From Bacillus subtilis subsp. subtilis str. 168 (GTDB lineage Bacteria > Bacillota > Bacilli > Bacillales > Bacillaceae): a stretch of DNA of 64,000 bases. Shown here piece after piece: positions 43,081 through 56,801 of this stretch. Positions within the stretch are counted from its first letter, which is position 1. Each line of letters starts with the position of its first letter. Under the pieces are notes generated by a model, which saw nothing but the letters and a program-made list of their open reading frames with translations, made no database searches and was not told the DNA's origin. The stretch spans positions 4,030,001-4,094,000 of the forward strand of contig NC_000964.3 in NCBI RefSeq assembly GCF_000009045.1. Reading direction: 5' to 3'. The position numbers and the translations under genes are program-made.

Positions 43081-43953
43081 TTAGCCGACCTGCTGCTTAG
43101 CTGCTTTACCGGCTGATCCGAACTCTCTCATTTTGCTTCGCACTGTCTCTTCCACGGCTTCAATGCCGGGTGTCAAATAGCCGCGCGGTTCGTACAGATC
43201 GCTGTTTTCCTGAAACATGCGGCGTGTTTCGTCTGTCCACGCTACCATACATTCCGTATTGATATTGATCTTCGCGTGGCCGAGCGTGATGGCTTTTTTG
43301 ATCTGATCCTGCGGAATCCCGGATGCCCCGTGAAGAACGAGGGGAATATCAGTCATGCGGGAGATAGCCTCCATTTCCTTAAATCCGAGATTCGGCTCAC
43401 CCTGATATTTGCCGTGTACAGAGCCGAGGGCGGCGGCCAGCGCGTCGATATTGGTTTCTTTAACGATCCGCTCACATTCCGTGATATCCGCATAGCGGAC
43501 CCCGCCGACCAGTCCGTCTTCCATTCCGCCGACCGTGCCGACTTCGGCTTCTACTGACACGCCGTGTTTTGCGGCATAATCGGTGACTTCTTTTGTCATC
43601 GCGATATTCTCGTCAATCGGCTGATGGGAGCCGTCAATCATCACTGAGCTGAATCCGGCATCAATGGCCTGTCTGCAGCGTTCCGCACTGCTGCCGTGAT
43701 CGAGATGAAGCACGACCGGAACGGTAATCGCCATGTCCTCTATTAACGCGCCGACCATGGCGGCAATCGTTTTAAATCCGCCTAAATAGTCGACCAGGCG
43801 ATCGGAAGCCGCGGCGATGACCGGTGATTGCTCCTTTTGCGCCGCCTGCAAAATCGCCTTCGTCCATTGCAGGCCGTTGATATTAAACTGGCCAATTGCA
43901 TATTGCTCCCGCTTTGCATCTTCAAGAAGCTCTTTCATCGATACAAAAGCCAT
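43081..43953 (-). CDS. iolJ: 6-phospho-5-dehydro-2-deoxy-gluconate aldolase (class II), 290 aa
   Basis: LHLDHG, SVMIDGS, GSVHGKY and VLHGASG. Confidence 0.95.
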   Translation of the reverse strand: MAFVSMKELLEDAKREQYAIGQFNINGLQWTKAILQAAQKEQSPVIAAASDRLVDYLGGFKTIAAMVGALIEDMAITVPVVLHLDHGSSAERCRQAIDAGFSSVMIDGSHQPIDENIAMTKEVTDYAAKHGVSVEAEVGTVGGMEDGLVGGVRYADITECERIVKETNIDALAAALGSVHGKYQGEPNLGFKEMEAISRMTDIPLVLHGASGIPQDQIKKAITLGHAKININTECMVAWTDETRRMFQENSDLYEPRGYLTPGIEAVEETVRSKMREFGSAGKAAKQQVG

Positions 43954-43973
43954 ATTCACCCCTCCTTTATCCA

Positions 43974-44810
43974 TTACATGCTGAAGTATTTTGATACGAC
44001 ATCCACTGTTGTTTTTTTCGCTGTTTGAATGGCTTCCTCAGCAGTCAGCTTATAGTATTCAGGCCGGAAGAGCTCAACCGAAACAACATCAGAGAAGCCG
44101 ATTTCCTTCAGTGCTGATAAGTGGGCATCTAAGTCAATTGCCCCTTGTCCCGGCCATACACGATCCTCATCTGTTAAAAAGCCGATTGGGAAATCTTCTG
44201 TATCATCAATATGATAGATGAAGATTTTCTTTCCGTCCGCCTGCTTTAAGCTCTCAATATTTGAACCCATTGCATGGAAGTGAAAACTGTCAAGGACAAG
44301 CCCGACATTGTCACGGTTAACTGTGTTTACAATCTCATACGCCTGTTCAAACGTATTGACCGTACATTGCGGATGGCCGACAAACTCAAGCGCGATTTTT
44401 ACGCCGTACGGCTCCGCGATATCTGACAGCTCAGTCAGCACGTCTACACTGCTCTTTTTGATCTCTTCTTTTACAATCTTCTGCTCTGTCACAAGCGGAA
44501 CGGCCACCACATATTTCACACCGAGGGTTTTGCATGTTTCCATCATGCCTTTAAATTCAGTGATGATCTCGTTGTGACCCTTTTCATCACGGTTGTTGAA
44601 GAAAACGAGTGCGTTTAAGGCAAGCGGTTTGATGTGGTGGGTTTGAAAATATTCCGCAAGGTCATCCAATGAATGATCTTTTAAGTACTCCGGCAGCTTA
44701 TCCATAGTACGGATTTCAATATAATCATAGCCATGCTTTTCGCATAGTTCTAAATCCAGTTTAAGGTTTGAGTTTTCCAATGTTGTCGCTTCATTAAAAC
44801 AAAGTTTCAT
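43974..44810 (-). CDS. iolI: Inosose isomerase (278 aa)
   Basis: Xylose-isomerase-like TIM barrel (ALEF, LDSFH, YHIDD, SVELF) in iol context. Confidence 0.92.
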   Translation of the reverse strand: MKLCFNEATTLENSNLKLDLELCEKHGYDYIEIRTMDKLPEYLKDHSLDDLAEYFQTHHIKPLALNALVFFNNRDEKGHNEIITEFKGMMETCKTLGVKYVVAVPLVTEQKIVKEEIKKSSVDVLTELSDIAEPYGVKIALEFVGHPQCTVNTFEQAYEIVNTVNRDNVGLVLDSFHFHAMGSNIESLKQADGKKIFIYHIDDTEDFPIGFLTDEDRVWPGQGAIDLDAHLSALKEIGFSDVVSVELFRPEYYKLTAEEAIQTAKKTTVDVVSKYFSM

Positions 44811-44895
44811 GCCAGACTCCCCCATCTGCGTTTTAGATATGAAGGGAGTTCGGCAGGAAGGCTGTCGCCATATCCCGCCGAACTCCATGCTCAGC

Positions 44896-45765
44896 TTATG
44901 CCAGACCTAATTCTTCTTTCATTTTCTTAAGCATAAATCGGCTTGATTCATCCGCTCTTTCATCGACCCAAGCAAATACGGCATTCGTCGCAATTCCGTC
45001 GAACTTCATCTCTCTCAGTTTTCTGAAAATCGTATCAAAATCAACCTCGCCTTGGCCAATGTCCAAATGCTGGTGAACCGTTACTTTCGCGTCAGGCGGA
45101 TTGACGATGTAGCGAAGGCCATGAGCCGCTTTATGATTATAGGTATCTGCAAATAAAACATGTGTGAGGCGGTCGCCGGCTTCGTCAAACATGGTCTCGA
45201 TGTCGCCTTTGCCGTCATCATAGAAGAACGTATGCGCAGTCGAGTAGACAAGATTGATCCAATCCTTGTCAAGCGCGCGGATCATATCCATCGCACCTTT
45301 GTGCGTTTCGATAAAATCATATGGATGGGCTTGAAGATTGAGTTTAATGCCTTCTTTTTCAAAGACTGGCAGAAGCTCATCCATGGATTTGATAAATTTT
45401 TCTTCACTTGTTAAAGGATCATATTTTGAACCGCTGAATTCGCTGTTCATCAAATCCACTTCAAGTTCAACCGCAATTTCGATTGCCCGTTTCCAGTTGC
45501 GCACTGCTGCCTGGCGGCGGTCTTCATCGGGTCCCGCCCAGTGGTAAAGAGGAAGAAGCGATGAAAGCTTAACACCTGTATCTCTTAAAAGGCGCTTTAA
45601 TTGTTTGATCTTTGCTGAATCGACTTTCGGATATTTATAAAACGGGCAAAAATCCTCGCGCGGCGATAATTCGATATATTCATAGCCGAGCTCTGCCGTT
45701 TTATAGACCATTTCCTCTAAAGTTAAATCATCACGATACATGGATGGATCCAATGCTAACTTCAT
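44896..45765 (-). CDS. iolH: Sugar-phosphate isomerase/epimerase-like protein
   Basis: TIM-barrel motifs ([24 protein letters not shown]). Confidence 0.9.
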
Positions 45766-45784
45766 ATTTTCACTCCTCTGTTTT

Positions 45785-48158
<2,374 letters not shown>

Positions 48159-48172
48159 ATGTTCATTCCCCA

Positions 48173-49066
48173 TTAAGCCAGATCCAACAACTGCTGATCA
48201 ATATAGTTTCTCGCAATCAATGCATACTCCAGCGGGTTTGCAACATCGGGGTCTTGTTCAGCTTCAATGACAATCCATCCGGAATAACTGTGCTTCAACA
48301 GCAGCTGATATACTTCTCTAAAGTCAATGCAGCCGTCACCGGGAACCGTAAACATGCCTTTTAAAAATGATTGCCGGAACGATTGTCCTTCGAGCCTGCA
48401 TTGTTCCATGACATTCAGGCGGGCATCCTTAAAGTGCACATGCTTAATGCGGCCGATATGCTTCTCAAGCATCCCCATGTAATCGCCGTCAGAAATATAC
48501 GCATGGCCTGTATCATAGAGGAGGTGTACATGCGCAGGGTCTGTTCCTGCCATCAGGCGGTCCACTTCTTCCGCTGTTTGGACACCAGTGCCGAGATGAT
48601 GATGATAGACAAGCTTCAAGCCATGCTGAGCGGCAATTTCGCCAAGGTGATTCAGCCCTTCGCAAAGCCGCTCCCATTCATCATCCGTAAAGTGCGGCTT
48701 CTCTGTGAACACATTTTTCTCCAAGCTTTGCACGCTGTACGTTTGTTCAGAGACAACTGCGACATCCGCGTTTACTTGCTGCAAATACTCACAATGCAGG
48801 GTAAATGTCTTTGCCGCTTCACCAAGTCCGTCACGCAAAATAAAACTGCTGAACCATTTTCCTGCAATGCGTAAGTTCCGAAGCTTCAGCTCTTTGTTCA
48901 GGATGGCAGGTTCGGGGAAAAAGCCCCCGACCTCCGTGCCTTGAAAACGTGCGACAACGATATCACTTAACAAATGCTGAAGTGTATTTCCCGCTCCAAT
49001 TTCAGGCATGTCATCATTCCGCCACCCAATGGGAGCGATTCCCCACAGGATTTCATTTTTGCCCAT
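48173..49066 (-). CDS. iolE: 2-keto-myo-inositol (inosose) dehydratase
   Basis: [26 protein letters not shown] and EAEQDP. Confidence 0.96.
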
Positions 49067-49082
49067 CTATGGTGCCTCCCCT

Positions 49083-50996
49083 CTAATACTGCTTCGCAGA
49101 TTCCAGCTTTTTCTCTTTTGCTTCGTATGCTTTCTGAACGCTTTCTTGTTCAGATACCTCTGCCACCCCGACATGCCACCAGCTGTCATAGCCGTCCGTC
49201 ATTGTTTTAGGCAGCACCTTCATTTCAATTAATGTTGATACATCCTGTTTCTTCGCATCCTCTAACGCAGCTTTTAATTCTTCTACTGTGTTTGCACGGT
49301 AGGTTTTCGCGCCGTATCCCTCAGCGACTTTCGCGTAATCGACATTCAGGATTTGGTTGTCATCTGTGCGGAACTCGCAATAGTAGCTGCCGCTGCCGTG
49401 ATCCATTTGCAGGTTGTTGATGCATCCGAATCCTGAGTTGTCAAAGAGCAGCACATTGATTTTCTTGTTGTACTGAATCGCCGTGATCAGTTCAGAATGA
49501 AGCATCAGGAAGCTGCCGTCTCCGACGATTGAATACACTTCTCTGTCAGGGTGGGCCAGTTTAAGACCGAGTGTCCCGGACACTTCATAGCCCATGCAAG
49601 AATATCCATACTCCAGGTGATACGTATTCGGAACATTAGAATGCCACAGACGCTGCAAATCTCCTGGGAGTGAGCCTGCTGAACAGATGATGACGCTGTC
49701 TTCAGGAATCGTCTCGTTGATTGTCAGCAATGCCGTTGTTTGCGGAAGCTCCGTATTCAACGCGTCAGCATATTCATTCAGGACCTCTTGAGAAAAGTGA
49801 TTTTTGATTTCCGGATCAAATGCTTCCCGCTTAAACGTCACTTTGCTGAGACGCTCGCGTTCAGCTAGCCATTCGTCCTTCAGCTCCCGGATCGTTGTGC
49901 CGAACTCGCTCTCATAGCCTTCAAGCAAGCCGTGCAGTTTGCCAAGCGTCACTTTCGCATCCGCCACCACTTGGAATGCATCAAGTTTATACGCCTGCAT
50001 TCGGCTGACGTTAATGTTCAAAAACTTCGCTTTATCAAAATCAAAAGCGGTCTTAGAGGATGTCGCAAAATCTGTATACCTTGTGCCGATGCCGATAATC
50101 AAATCAGCTTGGCGGGCCGCTTTGTTTGCCGCAAGTGTACCTGTGATGCCCATTCCGCCAAGGTTGTTCGCAAAATCTGCCTCAACGGTAGACTTTCCTG
50201 CCTGCGTTTCAACTAACGGAATGTTATAGGCTTCAGAAATGGCAACCAATTCATCGCGCGCACCGGAATATTTTGCGCCTCCGCCGACGAGAATCACAGG
50301 TTTTTTGCTGGATTTAATCAGCTCCGCCGCACCTTGAAGCTCGCGCTCGCTCGGCTGCATGCGATCAATATAGTGAACCCGTTTGACGAAGAAACTTTCA
50401 TCAAAATCGTATGCTTCCCCTTCAACATCCTGAGAAATACAAATCGTTGCCGGACCTGCTTTTGCCGGATCAGTCATGACTTCAAACGCGCGCAGCAAAC
50501 TGCTCATCAGCTGCTCAGGGCGCGTAATGCGGTCCCAGTATCTCGATACAGGCTTCAATGCATCGTTTGTCGTAATCGCCGCACTGTATTCTTGCTCCAT
50601 TTGCTGCAGTACAGGGTCTGGCTGTCTTGTCGCAAATGTGTCTGCCGGAATCAAGAGAACTGGGATATTATTTGCCAATGCAGTGCCGGCTGCCGCCACC
50701 AAGTTAGCCGCTCCAGGTCCGACGGATGTAGACACCGCATATATTTTTCTTCTCAGCATTTGCTTGCTGTACGCCATGGCCGCATGCGCCATTCCTTGTT
50801 CATTTTTCCCTTGATAGACTTTCAAATGGCCTGCATCCTGCTCAAGCGCCTGCCCGATCCCTAATACGTTTCCATGACCGAAAATCGTGAAGATCCCTTC
50901 GACAAAAGGCTCTTCCTTTCCATCTACATGGATGTACTGCTGGTTTAAGAATTTAATCAGCGCCTGCGCAGTTGTTAAGCGAATTTTCTTACCCAC
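49083..50996 (-). CDS. iolD: ThDP-dependent THcHDO hydrolase (637 aa)
   Basis: IFGHGNV, GKNEQGM and GDGSFLM. GTG start. Confidence 0.96.
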   Translation of the reverse strand: MGKKIRLTTAQALIKFLNQQYIHVDGKEEPFVEGIFTIFGHGNVLGIGQALEQDAGHLKVYQGKNEQGMAHAAMAYSKQMLRRKIYAVSTSVGPGAANLVAAAGTALANNIPVLLIPADTFATRQPDPVLQQMEQEYSAAITTNDALKPVSRYWDRITRPEQLMSSLLRAFEVMTDPAKAGPATICISQDVEGEAYDFDESFFVKRVHYIDRMQPSERELQGAAELIKSSKKPVILVGGGAKYSGARDELVAISEAYNIPLVETQAGKSTVEADFANNLGGMGITGTLAANKAARQADLIIGIGTRYTDFATSSKTAFDFDKAKFLNINVSRMQAYKLDAFQVVADAKVTLGKLHGLLEGYESEFGTTIRELKDEWLAERERLSKVTFKREAFDPEIKNHFSQEVLNEYADALNTELPQTTALLTINETIPEDSVIICSAGSLPGDLQRLWHSNVPNTYHLEYGYSCMGYEVSGTLGLKLAHPDREVYSIVGDGSFLMLHSELITAIQYNKKINVLLFDNSGFGCINNLQMDHGSGSYYCEFRTDDNQILNVDYAKVAEGYGAKTYRANTVEELKAALEDAKKQDVSTLIEMKVLPKTMTDGYDSWWHVGVAEVSEQESVQKAYEAKEKKLESAKQY

Positions 50997-51028
50997 AAAC
51001 GATCCCACCTTTACTCGATCTTTTTCAA

Positions 51029-52006
51029 TTATGACTGTGCTTCAATAAGCTGTTCGATTTCTTCCGCAGTCGGCATCGCTTCTGACGAACTGTGCTTGCT
51101 CACCACAATGGAGGCTGAAGCACTGCCGTATTTCAATGCCGTTTCAATGTCTTTTCCGCTGACAAGGCCATAGATAAAGGCTGACGCATAGGAGTCACCG
51201 GCCCCAAAGGTTTTCAGCACTTTTGTCTTGTACGCTTGAGCGCGGAATACCTCGCCGGATTTGCTGTATGCGTAAGAGCCTTCGACGCCGTGTTTGATGA
51301 CAACGAGGTCGGCTGAATGGCCAAATAAATGATTGACGGATTCTTCATTGCTTCCGCCTGTGCGGTTTTCCATCACATCAAATTCATCGCGTGTGCCGAT
51401 GACGATATCAGACTGCTCGGCAACCAAAGAATAATAAACGGCTGTTTCATCTGATGACTGCCACGTATATGGCCGGTAATCCAGTTCGAATACCACCTTA
51501 ACCTGATGCTTTTTCGCGTATTGAACAGCTTTTAACACCGCTTCCCGTGACGGGCTTTTGGCGAGCGCTGTCCCGGAGACAAGCAGCATTTTCGCATTTG
51601 CGATATAGTCCTCACTTACCTCTGAAGGCTCAAGATAAAGATCCGCCACATCATCGCGATACATTAAGATGCTGCATTCTTCAGGGCTGAGGATTTCTGT
51701 AAATGCAAGGCCTGCTTTGTGTCCATCTTGATCAACAATCATCTGTGTAGTATCCACGCCGGTCTTTCTCATATAGGACTCTATGAATCTTCCATGCTGG
51801 TCATCCGGAATTTTGCCGATGAAGCCCGCTTTTAAGCCAAGCTTCGCGCTGCCGATCGCGATATTCGCAGGTGAACCGCCGACATATTTCGAAAATGTCA
51901 TCGTTTCTTCCATTGGGCGGTTGTATTCGACTGCGTTCAGATCAATACATGCCCGGCCGATGGCAACAATATCAAAAGCCTTCTCTTCATTGAATGTATA
52001 CTTCAT
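51029..52006 (-). CDS. iolC: 5-dehydro-2-deoxygluconokinase (PfkB), 325 aa
   Basis: GGSPANIA and FGAGDSY. Confidence 0.96.
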   Translation of the reverse strand: MKYTFNEEKAFDIVAIGRACIDLNAVEYNRPMEETMTFSKYVGGSPANIAIGSAKLGLKAGFIGKIPDDQHGRFIESYMRKTGVDTTQMIVDQDGHKAGLAFTEILSPEECSILMYRDDVADLYLEPSEVSEDYIANAKMLLVSGTALAKSPSREAVLKAVQYAKKHQVKVVFELDYRPYTWQSSDETAVYYSLVAEQSDIVIGTRDEFDVMENRTGGSNEESVNHLFGHSADLVVIKHGVEGSYAYSKSGEVFRAQAYKTKVLKTFGAGDSYASAFIYGLVSGKDIETALKYGSASASIVVSKHSSSEAMPTAEEIEQLIEAQS

Positions 52007-52029
52007 CGTAAACAGCCACTCCTCACTTG

Positions 52030-52845
52030 TTAGCGTTCTAAAATCCATTCATGCGCCGGGTCGTTATAAAACTTCCATTTTCGCGTCGGCCCTGCCATGA
52101 CATTTAAATAGTAGGATGTGTATCCGTCCGGAACGCCTACCGGGTGGTATCCCGCAGGAACGATGACAACGTTTTCATTTCCCACAGTCATTGTCTCGTC
52201 AATAGAACGGTCATCTGTGTATACGCGCTGAAACACAAAGCCCTGTCCCGGGTCTAACTCATGGTAGTACGTTTCTTCTAAGAAAGATTCTTCCGGCAAG
52301 TTGTCTTGGTCATGTTTGTGAGGCGGGTAGCTGGACCAGTTGCCGCTGTCTGTATAGACTTCAACTACTAATAGACTGTTAGCTGAAGGGTCTGAATCCG
52401 GAAGAATGTTATGAACAGTACGTTTGTTTGAAAATTGCCCGCGATGCTCAATTCCGTTGTCTTCCGCTTTGATCAGCTTTGTCGGAAGCTGCTTTTCCGA
52501 TGGAGAATAGCAAAGCGCCACTCTTGCGTCGCTGACCGCTGTGATCTCAAATGCACGGTCATTTGAAATATAGACGCTGTCTGTCGGTTTTCGTTCAAAT
52601 ACGCTTTCGCGCGTGCCGATATTCTCAAAAGTCGACTCATGATCTGTCACTGTAATTTTCCCCGTTACCGCCACAATACAGATTTCTTGTTTTTTCAATT
52701 CTTCTGTATAGCTTGAACCTGATGCAAGATCTAACACTTTAAACTCTACATAAGTGAGATCAGAGTTGGATGTCGTTACTTCGTGCACGAGTTTGACCCC
52801 ATTAGACACTTCATGCGACTGCGGCTTACGCAACAAATAACTCAT
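52030..52845 (-). CDS. iolB: 5-deoxy-glucuronate isomerase
   Basis: GNWSSYPPHKHD, EETYYH and GYHP (KduI/IolB cupin). Confidence 0.96.
   Translation of the reverse strand: MSYLLRKPQSHEVSNGVKLVHEVTTSNSDLTYVEFKVLDLASGSSYTEELKKQEICIVAVTGKITVTDHESTFENIGTRESVFERKPTDSVYISNDRAFEITAVSDARVALCYSPSEKQLPTKLIKAEDNGIEHRGQFSNKRTVHNILPDSDPSANSLLVVEVYTDSGNWSSYPPHKHDQDNLPEESFLEETYYHELDPGQGFVFQRVYTDDRSIDETMTVGNENVVIVPAGYHPVGVPDGYTSYYLNVMAGPTRKWKFYNDPAHEWILER
52164..52177 (-). promoter_or_regulatory. cre site inside iolB
   Basis: TGAAAACGTTGTCA on the minus strand. Confidence 0.75.
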
Positions 52846-52919
52846 AGAGAAGCCCTCCTCTTTCTATTGGCAGAATGAGTCCGAACAGCGCACATGGACG
52901 CCGTTCGGCTGTTCGTCGT

Positions 52920-54383
52920 TTAGTTGAAATCAGGTGCCGGATATCTTGCCGTCACCACTTTTTTACGTGTATAGAAGTCGACGCTGTCTTTTCCGTTCGC
53001 ATGCAGCGTTCCAAAGAATGAAGATTTCCAGCCTGAGAATGGGAAGAACGCCATTGGAGCCGGCACACCAAGGTTGATGCCTAGCATTCCCGCATCAATG
53101 TTTTCACGGAAGTAGCGGATTGCGTTTGAGTTGGATGTGAACAAGCAGGCGCCGTTCGCAAACTCAGACTTATTGGCGATTTCAATCGCTTCTTTCAGGT
53201 TTTTCACACGGATGACAGATAAGACCGGAGCGAAAATTTCATCTTTCCAGATCGTCATTTCTGTTGTGACATTGTCAAAGATCGTCGGGCCGACAAAGTA
53301 GCCGTCGTCAGACACATTTTCACGTCCGTCACATACGAGTCTGGCACCTTCTTCAAGACCTTTTTCGATATAGCTGAGCGTGCGCTTCTTGTTGTCTTCG
53401 CGAATCACCGGTCCTAAGAACACGCCGTCATCAAGGCCGTTACCGATTTTAATGTCCGCCACTTTTTCCTGCAGCTTCGCCATAAATTCATCGGCGATTC
53501 CTTCTTCAACTGTCACAACCGCACAAGCCATGCAGCGTTCACCGGCAGAACCGAAGGCAGCTCCAACGATGTTTGTAACCGTGTCTTCAAGATTCGCATC
53601 GTTCAAGACAATCGTATGGTTTTTCGCGCCAGTCAGAGATTGAACGCGTTTTAAGTTTTCGCTTCCTTTTTTGTAGACGTATTCGCCTACTGGCTTGGAG
53701 CCTACAAATGAAATCGCTTTAATTTCGGGATGCTCGAGGATGCCGTTCACAACGTCATGCGCACCGTATACGACGTTGAACACCCCTTTCGGAAGGCCCG
53801 CTTTTTCAAAAAGCTCAACCAATTTCTCTGTTAACAGCGGAGTCCGCTCAGATGGCTTTAAAATAAATGTGTTGCCGAGCGCGATCGCCATCGGGAACAT
53901 CCAGCAAGGAACCATCATCGGGAAGTTGAATGGCGCGATTCCGCCGACAACTCCGATTGGGTAACGGTAGTTCGCCGCTTCAACGTCCGTTGCGATGGAA
54001 GCAAGTGAGTCACCCATCATCAGGGAAGGTGCTCCAGCGGCGAACTCTACGTTTTCAATCCCGCGTCCCACTTCACCTAAAGCTTCTTTCGTGTTTTTTC
54101 CGTTTTCAATGGTAATTAGATGAGCAAGTTCTTCTTTATGCTGAGACAGCAGCTGCTGGAAGTTAAATAGAATTCTGGCGCGGCGAGGAACCGCCACCTT
54201 TGACCATGTTTTAAATGCTTCAGCCGCTGTTTGCGCTGCGTAATCAATATCCTCTTTTGTAGAAATCGGCACTTGGCATAGCACTTCTTTCGTCGCCGGA
54301 TTGACGACATCTTCATATTGATCTGTTTTGCTTTCAACCCATTCACCGTTGATGTAGTTTTTTAATTTTCTGATTTCTGCCAT
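52920..54383 (-). CDS. iolA: Methylmalonate/malonate-semialdehyde dehydrogenase (487 aa)
   Basis: [20 protein letters not shown] and EIFAPV ALDH motifs. Confidence 0.96.
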   Translation of the reverse strand: MAEIRKLKNYINGEWVESKTDQYEDVVNPATKEVLCQVPISTKEDIDYAAQTAAEAFKTWSKVAVPRRARILFNFQQLLSQHKEELAHLITIENGKNTKEALGEVGRGIENVEFAAGAPSLMMGDSLASIATDVEAANYRYPIGVVGGIAPFNFPMMVPCWMFPMAIALGNTFILKPSERTPLLTEKLVELFEKAGLPKGVFNVVYGAHDVVNGILEHPEIKAISFVGSKPVGEYVYKKGSENLKRVQSLTGAKNHTIVLNDANLEDTVTNIVGAAFGSAGERCMACAVVTVEEGIADEFMAKLQEKVADIKIGNGLDDGVFLGPVIREDNKKRTLSYIEKGLEEGARLVCDGRENVSDDGYFVGPTIFDNVTTEMTIWKDEIFAPVLSVIRVKNLKEAIEIANKSEFANGACLFTSNSNAIRYFRENIDAGMLGINLGVPAPMAFFPFSGWKSSFFGTLHANGKDSVDFYTRKKVVTARYPAPDFN

Positions 54384-54474
54384 TCTTATTGCCTCCTTCA
54401 TTAGTAAACACATACACTTGTATGGATGGTTCCGGATAGATTCATATCAATATCCACTTTTCAGCAAGCCAAGA

Positions 54475-54488
54475 ATTAAACGCTTTCA
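54475..54488 (-). promoter_or_regulatory. cre site in the iolA leader
   Basis: TGAAAGCGTTTAAT on the minus strand. Confidence 0.8.
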
Positions 54489-54557
54489 AAAACACCAAAA
54501 AAATAAATGGCGGATGCATATTTACATACAAGCAACCATTTCATGCACAACAGGTTA

Positions 54558-54609
54558 CTTTTTGGTCATTTCTTGGTTATATTCTAATCGCATAATACCC
54601 ATAAGTCAA
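54558..54609 (-). promoter_or_regulatory. iol promoter (TTGACT-17-TAGAAT) and tandem 11-bp IolR repeats
   Basis: TAACCAAGAAA and TGACCAAAAAG direct repeats lie immediately downstream of -10. Confidence 0.85.
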
Positions 54610-54691
54610 TCATAAACACTACATTTTTTCATTATTTTTATTATATTAATCTTTTAATCAAGTAAGAGAAGTAAGAGAAGGCCGTCCAATC

Positions 54692-54720
54692 TTGCAAAAG
54701 ATATACACCGATGTTATCAT
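54692..54720 (+). promoter_or_regulatory. iolRS promoter (TTGCAA-17-TATCAT, TG extension)
   Basis: Hexamer match and spacing, divergent from the iol promoter. Confidence 0.7.
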
Positions 54721-54798
54721 TTTTAAGCAACTATTGATTAACTTTTGGTTTTTATTATATATTTATGTTACGTAAAGATTCAAGAAGGAGTTTTTTAT

Positions 54799-55554
54799 AT
54801 GAAACTGATGCGGATTCAGGAAATGGAGGAGTACATTTTATCGCATGGCACTGTTTCCTTAGATGAGCTGTGCCAGGTGTTCAATGTCTCCAAAAACACA
54901 GTCAGACGTGATATCAACAAGCTAACAGAAAAGGGTGCGATTGAAAAAGTATACGGCGGCGTAACATCTATTGAAAAAACCGCATTAGTTCCTTTTGAAA
55001 ATCGCACCATTCAGCACCAGGATGAAAAAACAAAAATCGCCCATTATGCTTCCCGATTTATTGAAGATCACGATTTGGTCTTCATTGATTCAGGAACGAC
55101 GACAAAGTCTATTCTTGATACGCTTGATCCAGCCAAAAATGTCACCATCTTAACCAACAGTTTAGACATTATCAATGCGGCGTCAGCTTTGAAGAATATC
55201 AACTTAATCATTATCGGAAACAACTATAAGAGAAAAACCCGCTCCTTTGTCGGCATGGACGACCCGGCTATGCTTGATAAGTACAATATCAACAAAGCCT
55301 TTATGTCCGCTACCGGAACGACGCTGACTCACGGATTGACCAATTCGGATCTGCTGGAGTATGAAATTAAAAAGAGGATTTCAGAAAAAGCAAAAGAAGT
55401 GTATCTATTGGCTGACCATTCTAAATTCGGAAAATCAACGCTTCTGACGTATGCACCGTTTGACAGGCTGCATTGCATTGTGACCTCTCAGCCATTAGAC
55501 GACGAGTACACGCAGTACTGCAATGAGCATCAAATCGGCATTCATCTGGCCTAA
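54799..55554 (+). CDS. iolR: DeoR/GlpR-family repressor of the iol operons (251 aa)
   Basis: [15 protein letters not shown] and FIDSGTT. Confidence 0.96.
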
Positions 55555-55607
55555 CGTTTACAATAGTGTTGAGAGTCTATCATCCATTTTATTCTAGGAG
55601 GCAGATC

Positions 55608-56540
55608 ATGAAAAAAGCGAAGCTCGGAAAATCAGACTTGCAGGTATTCCCTATCGGATTAGGAACAAATGCTGTCGGAGGACATAACCTCTACCCGAAC
55701 CTAAATGAAGAAACCGGAAAAGAATTGGTGCGCGAGGCGATCCGTAATGGCGTGACAATGTTAGACACCGCTTACATTTACGGGATCGGCCGTTCCGAAG
55801 AATTAATTGGTGAAGTGCTGCGTGAATTCAACCGTGAAGATGTTGTCATCGCGACAAAAGCCGCTCACAGAAAACAAGGCAATGACTTTGTCTTTGATAA
55901 TTCACCAGATTTTCTTAAAAAATCAGTTGATGAAAGCCTGAAGCGCTTGAATACCGATTATATTGATTTGTTCTACATTCACTTCCCTGACGAACATACG
56001 CCTAAGGATGAAGCCGTTAACGCGCTGAATGAGATGAAGAAAGCCGGAAAAATCCGTTCCATCGGTGTATCCAACTTCTCTTTAGAGCAATTGAAAGAAG
56101 CAAACAAAGACGGTTTGGTAGATGTATTGCAAGGCGAATACAACCTGTTAAACCGTGAAGCGGAAAAAACATTCTTCCCGTATACGAAGGAGCATAATAT
56201 TTCATTTATCCCTTACTTCCCTCTCGTATCAGGTTTATTGGCAGGAAAGTATACAGAAGATACAACGTTCCCAGAAGGCGACCTGCGAAACGAACAGGAA
56301 CACTTCAAGGGTGAGCGTTTCAAAGAAAATATCAGAAAGGTCAACAAGCTTGCGCCGATTGCCGAAAAACACAACGTGGATATCCCTCACATCGTATTGG
56401 CCTGGTATTTAGCAAGACCGGAAATTGATATTTTAATCCCAGGAGCAAAACGTGCCGATCAGCTGATTGATAACATCAAAACAGCTGACGTGACGCTTTC
56501 TCAAGAGGATATTTCATTTATTGATAAGCTGTTCGCATAA
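55608..56540 (+). CDS. iolS: Aldo-keto reductase (310 aa)
   Basis: [17 protein letters not shown] and IGVSNF. Confidence 0.95.
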
Positions 56541-56544
56541 GAAG

Positions 56545-56580
56545 AAAACAGCCTTCTCCAATGGAGAAGGCTGTTTTTTT
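56545..56580 (+). terminator. Terminator after iolS
   Basis: AAAACAGCCTTCTCC-AAT-GGAGAAGGCTGTTTTTTT. Confidence 0.92.
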
Positions 56581-56801
56581 GTGCGATAAATTCCTAAATA
56601 ACTGATTTTGAAGCAAAACCTTACAAAATGAGCCATAAATCCGATAAAATAAAGGTAGTTTATCTCAGAAAGAAAGTGATTGAGAAAGCAAAAGTATGAA
56701 ACGTTCATATCATCTAGCTCATATGAAATAAAGCTGACCCAGCTTCTTTTATTTGCTGGTCAGAATAGCGGACCGTTTCGATGGTCTATGGAGGAAACAG
56801 A

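Noticed and set aside
54471-54545. 22-codon ORF (MKWLLVCKYASAIYFFGVFESV) in the iolA leader, minus strand
   Set aside because: There is no Shine-Dalgarno upstream. The region is explained by the IolR repeats and the cre site.
54660-54680. 9-bp tandem repeat AAGTAAGAG x2 in the iolA-iolR gap
   Set aside because: There are only two copies and it does not match the IolR repeats. Likely a neutral micro-duplication.
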